From IMG/VR virus record IMGVR_UViG_3300032219_002784, positions 1-33,309 of that record: a stretch of 33,309 nt of DNA. One strand, 5' to 3'. The notes under the pieces are model-generated. The model was given only the letters and a program-made list of their open reading frames with translations. It searched no databases and was not told the DNA's origin. Source of the stretch: a virus (Duplodnaviria; Caudoviricetes). A program made the position numbers and the translations under genes. Each line of letters begins with the position of its first letter. Positions within the stretch are counted from its first letter, which is position 1. Of the stretch, positions 1 through 6,536 are shown piece by piece.

Positions 1-43
1 CAGAAAGGGGTAGCCCCAGTTTTTTTACTAGGGCTTTCCCTTA

Positions 44-358
44 TTAGAAGTTGTAGTCGTGGAACTTGATGGGGCGGTCGGCCAGCATGAAGCGTTGGCC
101 GTGCTTGTCTTGCCAGCCCTTGACGCGGCTCAGGCGCAGGCGGATGACCGGGTTAGTTGGGTTGCTGGTGATATGCCACTTTTGGTCGCGCTGGTTCAGG
201 CAGTGGCCTGCAAAGCCGCCAACGGCCCACTGGAGTTCTACGCTGGTGTCGCGCTCCGCGTCCATCGCGCGGACTTCGATGGTCTTGTCGCTGATCACCC
301 GCACGACCTCGTAGGGGTCACGGTCGGTGTAGCTAACTTGGACTGCGTACTGGTTCAT
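44..358 (-). CDS. hypothetical phage early protein (104 aa)
   Basis: ATG with AAAGGAAC RBS upstream; lies behind a sigma70-like promoter; protein-like composition. Confidence 0.8.
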   Translation of the reverse strand: MNQYAVQVSYTDRDPYEVVRVISDKTIEVRAMDAERDTSVELQWAVGGFAGHCLNQRDQKWHITSNPTNPVIRLRLSRVKGWQDKHGQRFMLADRPIKFHDYNF

Positions 359-371
359 GATCGTTCCTTTG

Positions 372-431
372 TATCGTTCCGGTCACTGTGACCGTGCATG
401 AATTGTAACTGTGTTTGATTTGAGGGTGCAA
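372..431 (-). promoter_or_regulatory. sigma70-like promoter plus 5' leader hairpin (copy 1)
   Basis: TTGCAC(431-426)-18 nt-TACAAT(407-402), followed by CACGGTCAcagtGACCGGAACGATA (396-372). Confidence 0.65.
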
Positions 432-461
432 GGGGTTTGTCAAAGAAACCCCACGCTTTAC

Positions 462-689
462 TCAAGAACTCATCAGCTTGCGGTAGACGACAGAGCAACC
501 GACGGTGTCGTAATGATTGGCGGTGCTACCCGCGGGCATGACCCAAGGGGCATCGAGGCAGTAGCCGGTGTCCTGCTCGTCATCGAAAGTCTGCCAGAAA
601 TCAAGCTGGAGGTTGTCAGTTGCCCTGTCCTGAATTCGGACACCTCCGGTAACGAGAGCTTCAGGGGAGAAGAGGGTGATGATCATCAT
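462..689 (-). CDS. hypothetical protein (75 aa)
   Basis: ATG preceded by AGGAAC RBS, co-oriented with neighbours. Confidence 0.5.
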   Translation of the reverse strand: MMIITLFSPEALVTGGVRIQDRATDNLQLDFWQTFDDEQDTGYCLDAPWVMPAGSTANHYDTVGCSVVYRKLMSS

Positions 690-699
690 GGTTCCTAGT

Positions 700-715
700 G
701 GGGGCCGTAGCCCCC
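700..715 (-). other. intergenic GC hairpin with C(UACG)G tetraloop (terminator or RNA-stability element)
   Basis: GGGGGC-TACG-GCCCCC on minus strand between two CDSs; no clear U-tract. Confidence 0.5.
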
Positions 716-723
716 GAGGTTGA

Positions 724-978
724 TCAGAAGTAGGCGTCAGACTTTTTCAGGCCGTTACCCTGCGCGAAAGCCTCTTTGGCCTTGTCCGCGAAATGCCCGT
801 ACTTTTTGCAAAAGGCCAGCAGCTTCTTGCGAACAGCGGCGGTGTGCCAGTGTTCCTGCTCGGCGTGAAGGTCAAGCTCATGCAGGCAGAGCCAGCAGAG
901 GTCTTCAACCGTCTTGTGCGCGTAGGGGTCAAACCCACACACATCGGGCAGTTCTTTGAGTGCTTTTTCGAATGTCAT
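724..978 (-). CDS. hypothetical protein (84 aa, Cys/His-containing)
   Basis: ATG with AAGGAG RBS; in minus-strand early gene run. Confidence 0.75.
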   Translation of the reverse strand: MTFEKALKELPDVCGFDPYAHKTVEDLCWLCLHELDLHAEQEHWHTAAVRKKLLAFCKKYGHFADKAKEAFAQGNGLKKSDAYF

Positions 979-992
979 GCTGGTCTCCTTGA

Positions 993-1286
993 TTAACGGC
1001 TGGTGGTTTTGACGGAGAAGACGGCGGTGACGCTGGTGTTGTCAGCGATCACGCTGTCGGGGATGTTGCAGACCTTGGCGATGGCCTTCCAGTCAACGAC
1101 CTTGCGGTTGGCCTCGACCACCGTGGCTTTGTAGAGGTTGCCCTCGACGCTGGAGGGGCCACCTGCGGTGGCTGCGTTTTTGATCTCGTCCTTGATGGCG
1201 TCAGCCTGCTTGGTCAGGTCAGCGATCTGGGCGAGGAGGAGACCCAGCTTGTCAACTTGGGTCAGGGCGATGTCGATTGCGTTCAT
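993..1286 (-). CDS. hypothetical phage protein with N-terminal coiled coil (97 aa)
   Basis: AAAGGAAC RBS, strongly biased codon use, directly behind promoter copy 2. Confidence 0.85.
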   Translation of the reverse strand: MNAIDIALTQVDKLGLLLAQIADLTKQADAIKDEIKNAATAGGPSSVEGNLYKATVVEANRKVVDWKAIAKVCNIPDSVIADNTSVTAVFSVKTTSR

Positions 1287-1304
1287 GTCAGTTCCTTTCG
1301 GGTT

Positions 1305-1364
1305 TATCGTTCCGGTCTCGTTGACCGTGAGCGTATCTTAACACCGTTAAAGGAACCACAACAA
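1305..1364 (-). promoter_or_regulatory. sigma70-like promoter plus 5' leader hairpin (copy 2)
   Basis: TTGTTG(1364-1359)-18 nt-TAAGAT(1340-1335), followed by CACGGTCAacgaGACCGGAACGATA (1329-1305); TTAAC-ACC-GTTAA palindrome at 1338-1350. Confidence 0.6.
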
Positions 1365-1394
1365 GTATTTTCAGTTTTTTTGTAGGGACAAACC

Positions 1395-1676
1395 CTAATC
1401 CCGCAGGTTTTTTGCGACCTCCTCAATGGTGTCGGCAAGGATGTCCCACTCGGTGACACTGTGCCGCTTGAAGTCGTCCCTTGTCCCGTGCCAGCCCTTA
1501 CTGCCGCGGTGATGGTCAGCGCAGAGCGGGATGACCAGCCAGTCGCTGGCTCTTTGGGCTTTTCCGACCCCTTCCCGAGGATGGTGTAGTTCCGCCGGGG
1601 TCTCGCCGTACCCCAAACGCCTGCACAGACCGCACCCAAGGCCCGCTACGGCGTTTTTCCATGCTCGGACATCCAT
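1395..1676 (-). CDS. Ref-like (recombination enhancement) Zn-finger HNH-type nuclease
   Basis: GCGLC...AELHH...IPLCADHHRG pattern typical of P1 Ref/DUF968-like proteins. Confidence 0.75.
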   Translation of the reverse strand: MDVRAWKNAVAGLGCGLCRRLGYGETPAELHHPREGVGKAQRASDWLVIPLCADHHRGSKGWHGTRDDFKRHSVTEWDILADTIEEVAKNLRD

Positions 1677-1683
1677 AGGTAGC

Positions 1684-2022
1684 CTACGCGGTCATTCGAT
1701 GCTCTGAGCGCTTGCTGGCCTCTTGGCTTCGCCAGACCTCGATCCTTGCCTCCGCTGCGATCAGCATCCACCGCAGGCGCTCCTCATGCTCGACCGCTTC
1801 TTTGAGGGCCAGTAGGTGGCGCTTGTAGTCCGGGTGAGCGTATGCCTCCCGCTCCTGAGCCGCGGCGGTTTCGTGCTTGGAGACCATCGCGGTTTTCATG
1901 AGTTCTGCCTTGAGGGTCTTGCGGTACTCGTCGCAGTAGACCCTGTTGGCCTTCGCCTGAGCGTACTCTCCGCTCTTAGCGATCATGTAGTCCACCGCAG
2001 CTTGCGGGTCGATCTCAGTCAT
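1684..2022 (-). CDS. hypothetical helical phage protein (112 aa)
   Basis: Start reassigned to ATG 2022 (MTEIDPQAAV), overlapping the upstream gene end; coiled-coil-like sequence. Confidence 0.75.
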   Translation of the reverse strand: MTEIDPQAAVDYMIAKSGEYAQAKANRVYCDEYRKTLKAELMKTAMVSKHETAAAQEREAYAHPDYKRHLLALKEAVEHEERLRWMLIAAEARIEVWRSQEASKRSEHRMTA

Positions 2023-2425
2023 ACGCCTGCATCCTCCCGTCGCGGAAGTAGCGGCGGTTGCCAACGAGGCTGGGCACTTGCTCATGGTCATCAGCCCCCG
2101 GGCGCACGGGGCGCATCCGAATCTCTTCGGCCAGATACCTGCCGCGCTCCATCCAAGTCATCGGTTTTTTGTAGGGCAGCTTGGATTTCGATGCGCCTAA
2201 CTGCTCGAGCTTCTCGCGGCCCTCGTCAGTGATCTGGTAGGTGCCGTCTCCGAGCGCGGTGGCGTAGCCGTCCACCACCAGCGGAGCGATGCACGACTCG
2301 TAGTACCGGGCGCTCGATTCGGTCGTAATTTTCTGGCACATCTCCGTGTCAGTTTTGGGCGCGATGCTGATCATCTCAAGCGTGCGGTGGATGCCGCTAC
2401 TGCGGACATATTTTGATTGGATCAT
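2015..2425 (-). CDS. hypothetical protein, possible winged-helix DNA-binding domain
   Basis: ATGA coupling to RusA stop; LVVDGYA...YQITDEGREKL resembles a wHTH wing/helix. Confidence 0.65.
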   Translation of the reverse strand: MIQSKYVRSSGIHRTLEMISIAPKTDTEMCQKITTESSARYYESCIAPLVVDGYATALGDGTYQITDEGREKLEQLGASKSKLPYKKPMTWMERGRYLAEEIRMRPVRPGADDHEQVPSLVGNRRYFRDGRMQAYD

Positions 2426-2781
2426 TGGGTCTCCTCAATTTCTACGATCATTTTTCCGGGCTTGATTGAAAATTTACGCACGATGGTGATGGGGTTGAAT
2501 CGCTTGTCATCAACACCGAGAGCGCTGGCAAACCCATCGAGCGAAGCCTTGGCCGCGGCAAGGCAGTTGTCTGCATCACGATGGCGCTTGTCAGGCATCT
2601 CGAAGATGATCACCAGTTCCACCTCTCCATCGCCAAGGCTTGGCCTGCGGTAACACTTGGTCTTCCAGTACGCCGTCTCCCGCGCTTCGGTCTTCGCTTT
2701 GTGTACCGACGACCAGTGCTTGCCGTTGCGCCGATTCGGGAAAAGGTCAGCCGCGGGGAAGTCCAGCTCGACTCTTAGCAC
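2422..2781 (-). CDS. rusA: RusA-family Holliday junction resolvase
   Basis: PDKRHRDADNCLAAAKASLDG...GVDD catalytic Asp/Asn/Lys pattern; typical position after replication genes. Confidence 0.8.
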   Translation of the reverse strand: MLRVELDFPAADLFPNRRNGKHWSSVHKAKTEARETAYWKTKCYRRPSLGDGEVELVIIFEMPDKRHRDADNCLAAAKASLDGFASALGVDDKRFNPITIVRKFSIKPGKMIVEIEETQ

Positions 2782-3049
2782 GCTGTTCCTCCATCAACTT
2801 CATTAACGAACGCAAACCCTCTTCGCCCCGAATCTTTCCGATGACTTCCTTGTGGCCCTGCCACCATGATTGCGCGTTCGCGGCACCGACCTCGCCAATC
2901 TTCTTCTGGTATCGAGCTATCCACTCTCTCGCTTCGCTTTCGCGCAAAAAGCGCAAGGTCTCCGGTGACATAGAGGGCACAGTCGATGGTGGCCGATGCA
3001 AAAGACTGGCCTTCTTGGACTTTGTCGAGGATTTGTTTGGCTTCTTCAT
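2747..3049 (-). CDS. hypothetical protein (start 3049 or 2971)
   Basis: ATGA coupling at 3049; helical Trp-containing C-terminal part (EAREWIARY...WW); overlaps an alternative ORF. Confidence 0.5.
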   Translation of the reverse strand: MKKPNKSSTKSKKASLLHRPPSTVPSMSPETLRFLRESEAREWIARYQKKIGEVGAANAQSWWQGHKEVIGKIRGEEGLRSLMKLMEEQRAKSRAGLPRG

Positions 3050-3056
3050 AGGTCAT
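2775..3056 (-). CDS. hypothetical protein (93 aa), overlapping frame
   Basis: MTYEEAKQILDKVQEG...ALYVTGDL looks like a genuine amphipathic protein start; stop overlaps rusA start. Confidence 0.5.
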   Translation of the reverse strand: MTYEEAKQILDKVQEGQSFASATIDCALYVTGDLALFARKRSERVDSSIPEEDWRGRCRERAIMVAGPQGSHRKDSGRRGFAFVNEVDGGTAC

Positions 3057-3357
3057 GCTTGTTCCCAAGAGCTTCGAGCGCGAGCTTCGAGGCGTAGATG
3101 CTGACGGGGTCACCCCGACGCTGCCTGTCCATGATGCGCTTGGCCCACGCGAGAGGGTCTCGGGGGTAGTCCTTGGCGATCTCGTACCGGGGAGCGGCTT
3201 TGCAGTAAGCGGTGAAGCAGCCCATGCACTTCGCGCCGTAGGCACCCAAGTCTTCCCGTGCGGTGGCCTGCTGGCAGTCGGAGCAACGCAGTGTTGTCTC
3301 GCCACCGACCTCAAAGTTTTGCGTCTCGTAGTTCCGTTTTGCGCTGGCGTAGCTCAT
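3046..3357 (-). CDS. hypothetical Zn-finger-like protein (103 aa)
   Basis: CSDC...CMGC; ATGA-coupled to the replication initiator. Confidence 0.75.
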   Translation of the reverse strand: MSYASAKRNYETQNFEVGGETTLRCSDCQQATAREDLGAYGAKCMGCFTAYCKAAPRYEIAKDYPRDPLAWAKRIMDRQRRGDPVSIYASKLALEALGNKHDL

Positions 3358-4088
3358 GCTTGCTCCTTGTGATAAAAGCCCTCGACAACGCGGGGGAATT
3401 TGCTGGGGTTGAAGAGGAAATCAATGTCGGCCTTCCAGTCCTTGGCTTTGCCAGTCAAAAACTTGGACTGACCGACCATCTGGAAATACCACTCGAAGAA
3501 CGCGAGACCGCCCTGTCGGTCGAGTTTGTCAGCAGTGACGACCTCCCTCCAGCGAGCAGAGATCGCCCTCTTGCGGCTGTCGTTGACAACAGTCACCCGC
3601 GGCAATGTAGGCAACTTGTCGTTGTAGAGGGCGACGATTTCGTCAATCGGAGCAGCAGGCGTTCCCGCTTGGCGGGGACGAGAAGCGTTAGCTTCTTCTG
3701 TATCTGGTTCTTGGTTATTGGTTATTGGTTCTTGGTTATTGGTTGGTTGAACCTCCGTTGAACGGGCGTTCATCCGTCGTTCAGCAGACGCTTTACCAGC
3801 GCGTGACGCCTGCTCAATTTTTGAGTGGAAGTGCTTAATTTCCTTGTCGGCACGACCGTTTGTCCAGCCGTCTGGGCCAAGCTCGAAGAACTCTTCCAGC
3901 ACCAAACCGACCTCGGTTTCGTATTCCCTCATGCCAATTTGTCTGGCAACGGACGCTACACCGCTGTTCAACGGGCGTTCTTGAAGGTAGTAGGCGTCGA
4001 GCAGGCGACGGTAGGCAATGTCCTCTAGCGGGGAGAGGTGCCGAGTGTGACTGACATAGTCACCAATGTTGAATTGGTAGTAGTGCAT
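3354..4088 (-). CDS. phage replication initiator, YdaU/DUF1376 family
   Basis: N-terminus MHYYQFNIGDYVSHTRHLSPLEDIAYRRLLDAYY; NQEPITNNQEP linker; C-terminal WKADIDFL..KFPRVVEGFY; TGATG coupling at 4088. Confidence 0.85.
   Translation of the reverse strand: MHYYQFNIGDYVSHTRHLSPLEDIAYRRLLDAYYLQERPLNSGVASVARQIGMREYETEVGLVLEEFFELGPDGWTNGRADKEIKHFHSKIEQASRAGKASAERRMNARSTEVQPTNNQEPITNNQEPDTEEANASRPRQAGTPAAPIDEIVALYNDKLPTLPRVTVVNDSRKRAISARWREVVTADKLDRQGGLAFFEWYFQMVGQSKFLTGKAKDWKADIDFLFNPSKFPRVVEGFYHKEQA
3705..3790. repeat. iteron-like repeats inside initiator gene (putative replication origin)
   Basis: 7-nt TGGTT(C/A)T x5-6 at 3705-3744, then 11-nt-period (C/G)GTT(G/C)A.C units at 3745, 3756, 3767, 3778. 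Confidence 0.55.
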
Positions 4089-4321
4089 CACTGACTCCAA
4101 TCTACGGAGTCAACAATCTGCAAAATCAGAAATCGCTCCGTTTGCATGACCTTCGCCAAGCGCCGAGCCTCTTTGGTGGCGGCTTCTTGGGTGTCGTGCA
4201 TACAGGTGAAACGAAACGATTGAACACCTCTTGCCTGCCTCATCACCACAAATTTTGATTGGAGATTGGGTAGGGGTGTGTCGCCAATTTTCTTTGGCTT
4301 TTTGAGCGAAAGAGTCGCCAT
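4088..4321 (-). CDS. hypothetical protein (77 aa)
   Basis: GAGG RBS; coupled to initiator. Confidence 0.75.
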   Translation of the reverse strand: MATLSLKKPKKIGDTPLPNLQSKFVVMRQARGVQSFRFTCMHDTQEAATKEARRLAKVMQTERFLILQIVDSVDWSQ

Positions 4322-4357
4322 TTGAACCTCACATCATCGGTCATCATCACTGGTAAA

Positions 4358-4412
4358 GGATTTCGGCAGGACGGTGATGAATCGTCTTTTCGGGAGCTAC
4401 CCTAGCCGTTCC
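4358..4412 (-). ncRNA. putative structured leader/antisense RNA (C4/CI-like architecture)
   Basis: Outer stem CGGC/GCCG enclosing GGG-TAGCT-CCC and GACG-ATTCATCAC-CGTC hairpins; loop complementary to downstream GTGATGA. Confidence 0.5.
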
Positions 4413-4420
4413 CCAAATTA

Positions 4421-4645
4421 TTATGCCGCCGATTGCTCCGCGTCAACAGGGTAAAGATCAGGTCGCAGTTCGTTACGGGTCACCAGCCCTTGCGTAGCCC
4501 GCTCGATGCTCAGGGTCATTGGGGCGCTAGGGCGGCGCTTGTTGTGGATCAGGAGCGAGATGTAGGTGGCGGTGATGCCCAGATACTTTGCCATTTCGAT
4601 CTTTGCTCCCCGCGGCTCAGTGGCGAAGTATTCAGCGAGCGTCAT
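4421..4645 (-). CDS. Cro/YdaS-like HTH transcriptional regulator (74 aa)
   Basis: Start reassigned to 4645; MAKYLGITATYISLL HTH and IERATQGLVTRNELRPDLY signature. Confidence 0.85.
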   Translation of the reverse strand: MTLAEYFATEPRGAKIEMAKYLGITATYISLLIHNKRRPSAPMTLSIERATQGLVTRNELRPDLYPVDAEQSAA

Positions 4646-4805
4646 TTGCCATCGTCTCCCGAATTGCATCAATGGCGCGGACGGTCTCTTCCAGCGCCCG
4701 GATGCCAGCCTCAACCGCATCGCGGTACTCTTTCATCAGCATGGCGTTGTGGAGGTCTTTGAGCGCCTTCTCGGCCATCATCGTAGGGTGTGCGTAATCG
4801 TTCAT
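4632..4805 (-). CDS. small hypothetical protein (57 aa, not in ORF track)
   Basis: Manual translation MNDYAHPTMMAEKALKDLHNAMLMKEYRDAVEAGIRALEETVRAIDAIRETMANDAR; fills the gap between tRNA and cro. Confidence 0.7.
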   Translation of the reverse strand: MNDYAHPTMMAEKALKDLHNAMLMKEYRDAVEAGIRALEETVRAIDAIRETMANDAR

Positions 4806-4821
4806 TTTTGTCTTTCACTTG

Positions 4822-4897
4822 TGGTGCCGCAGAGAGGGATCGAACCCCTGACCTCCGGGTTACAAAGCCGGGACTCTACCAACTGAGCTACTGCGGC
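4822..4897 (-). tRNA. tRNA-Thr(UGU)
   Basis: 76-nt cloverleaf GCCGCAG..., D arm GCTCAGTTGGTAGAGT, anticodon loop TTTGTAA, T loop TTCGATC, encoded CCA. Confidence 0.95.
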
Positions 4898-4899
4898 GA

Positions 4900-5015
4900 C
4901 ACCCCGGAATATAGCACAGGGTTAAAAAACAACAATAGGGAAAACACTTGTACACGGCGTTAAAGTTATGCTCTAATCCGCTTCGCGCCGACAGTGCGCT
5001 CAAGAAAGGAACGAT
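4900..5015. promoter_or_regulatory. divergent promoter region
   Basis: Minus: extended -10 TGcTATATT (4916-4908); plus: TTGTAC(4948)-18 nt-TCTAAT(4972), GCGC hairpin 4985-4999, AAGGAACGAT RBS. Confidence 0.6.
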
Positions 5016-5213
5016 ATGAAAGTGCCCTACACAACCCATTCCGGTCTACAGATCGGCTCCCGCTACGAACCCCCGCGGTTCAGCAATATGACAGCCGAAG
5101 ACGAGCATTGGCAAGGCGTGCTTCTCGGCGTCAAGCGCAGGGAAATCAACGAGCTTGCCGCCGTCGTCATTGCTGTGCTGGTAATCATCATCGCGGTTGT
5201 GCTGACAGTATGA
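5016..5213 (+). CDS. small protein with C-terminal TM helix (65 aa)
   Basis: AAGGA RBS; hydrophobic LAAVVIAVLVIIIAVVLTV. Confidence 0.75.
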   Translation: MKVPYTTHSGLQIGSRYEPPRFSNMTAEDEHWQGVLLGVKRREINELAAVVIAVLVIIIAVVLTV

Positions 5214-5311
5214 ACCCGCTCAAGCTGACAACGGCGCAAGTCGCCGAGAGGATTGTTTTCCTCGCCGCCATCATCGTCATCCTTTTGGATGTTCTGGTCT
5301 GGAGGCCGTGA
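5210..5311 (+). CDS. small membrane peptide (33 aa)
   Basis: ATGA coupling upstream and TGATG downstream; MNPLKLTTAQVAERIVFLAAIIVILLDVLVWRP. Confidence 0.65.
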   Translation: MNPLKLTTAQVAERIVFLAAIIVILLDVLVWRP

Positions 5312-6153
5312 TGACCGATCCATTCAAGATTGATAGCCCGACTTGCATCAGCTTCAGCGGAGGACGCACCAGCGCCTATATGTTGTGGCGCGTTCTGCAA
5401 TCGAACGGTGGCCTACCAGATGAAGCAATCGTTTGCTTCGCGAACACCGGCAAGGAAGAAGAAGCCACGCTCAAGTTTGTAGATAGGTGCAGCAAAGAAT
5501 GGGGAGTGCCGATCACTTGGGTTGAGTACAGAGACGCTGAAGAAACGAAAGATAGGTTTCAGGTCGTTACATTTGAGACGGCCAGCCGTAACGGCGAGCC
5601 TTTTGAGGCAATCATCCGCAAGCGCAACTATTTGCCCAATCCGGTGAGCCGGTTTTGCACCGTAGAGATGAAGGTGCGGGCGATTCATCGCTACCTGAAA
5701 TCAATCGGCTGGACAGAGTGGGAGTCAATGCTTGGCATTCGCGCCGATGAGCAGAGGCGTCTAGCCAAGATTGGCAATCAGAACTACAGCAAGCATGAAG
5801 AGAAGATTGCCCCGTTGGGCCGTGTTGGGATCACCAAAGAAATGGTGGGAGAGTTTTGGCGAAACCAGCCATTTGATTTAGAACTCCCCAACATGAATGG
5901 CGTCACCATGCATGGGAACTGCGATCTGTGCTATCTCAAAGGCGGTGCACAAATTCTTAGCCTCATACAAGAAAAACCCGAGCGAGCAGTTTGGTGGGCC
6001 AAGATGGAGGCGTTGGCGTTGGCGTCTGCGCCGTCTGGTGCCAAATTCCGCACCGACCGCCCCAGCTATGCCGAGATGGCAAAGTTCGCCGCAGATCAGC
6101 GCGATATGTTTGACAAAAACGAAGAGGCGATTGCCTGCTTTTGTGGGGATTGA
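5311..6153 (+). CDS. PAPS reductase (CysH-like / adenine nucleotide alpha-hydrolase) family protein
   Basis: PP-loop SFSGGRTS, FANTGKE, RFCTVEMK, GIRADE, GNCDLC, terminal CFCGD. Confidence 0.85.
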   Translation: MTDPFKIDSPTCISFSGGRTSAYMLWRVLQSNGGLPDEAIVCFANTGKEEEATLKFVDRCSKEWGVPITWVEYRDAEETKDRFQVVTFETASRNGEPFEAIIRKRNYLPNPVSRFCTVEMKVRAIHRYLKSIGWTEWESMLGIRADEQRRLAKIGNQNYSKHEEKIAPLGRVGITKEMVGEFWRNQPFDLELPNMNGVTMHGNCDLCYLKGGAQILSLIQEKPERAVWWAKMEALALASAPSGAKFRTDRPSYAEMAKFAADQRDMFDKNEEAIACFCGD

Positions 6154-6154
6154 T

Positions 6155-6376
6155 ATGGAAGAAAAACTCTACAAAGATGCGCTCTTTGATGACCAACCAA
6201 ATGGGCGTTTGGTGTTCGTCATGGCCCTTAACCCTGACACCGAGAAGCTCTACTTCTTTGTTGGCATTGGGCAGGGACTAAACACCGCTATTGATGTCAA
6301 CAACACAATGGCTCACGGGATGAGCCTGCCGCGGGAAGCTGGAATTGCTATTTTCTTTGGAGACGGAAATGACTGA
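6155..6376 (+). CDS. hypothetical protein (73 aa)
   Basis: Start reassigned to ATG 6155, directly after the previous stop. Confidence 0.65.
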   Translation: MEEKLYKDALFDDQPNGRLVFVMALNPDTEKLYFFVGIGQGLNTAIDVNNTMAHGMSLPREAGIAIFFGDGND

Positions 6377-6536
6377 AGAACACGAAGAATGGCTGAACGA
6401 TACCCAAGCACAGGAGGAATACCGCAAATGGAAGATTGAAGATGAAATGAAACGGGCGCGATTGCCTGACCCCTTTACTACAGAACCCGATGCATTTTTA
6501 AAAGCATTTAACGAAATTTTTGGAGCAAAAAAATGA
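6369..6536 (+). CDS. hypothetical acidic protein (55 aa)
   Basis: GGAG RBS, ATG 6369; ATGA coupling to next gene. Confidence 0.65.
   Translation: MTEEHEEWLNDTQAQEEYRKWKIEDEMKRARLPDPFTTEPDAFLKAFNEIFGAKK

Noticed and set aside
4822-4897. tRNA as a prophage attachment site or host boundary
   Set aside because: Phage genes on both sides, no integrase and no duplicated tRNA 3' end seen
5311-6153. Complete Dnd phosphorothioation or sulfate-assimilation cluster
   Set aside because: No dndA/B/D/E, ssp or cys partner genes recognisable in the window
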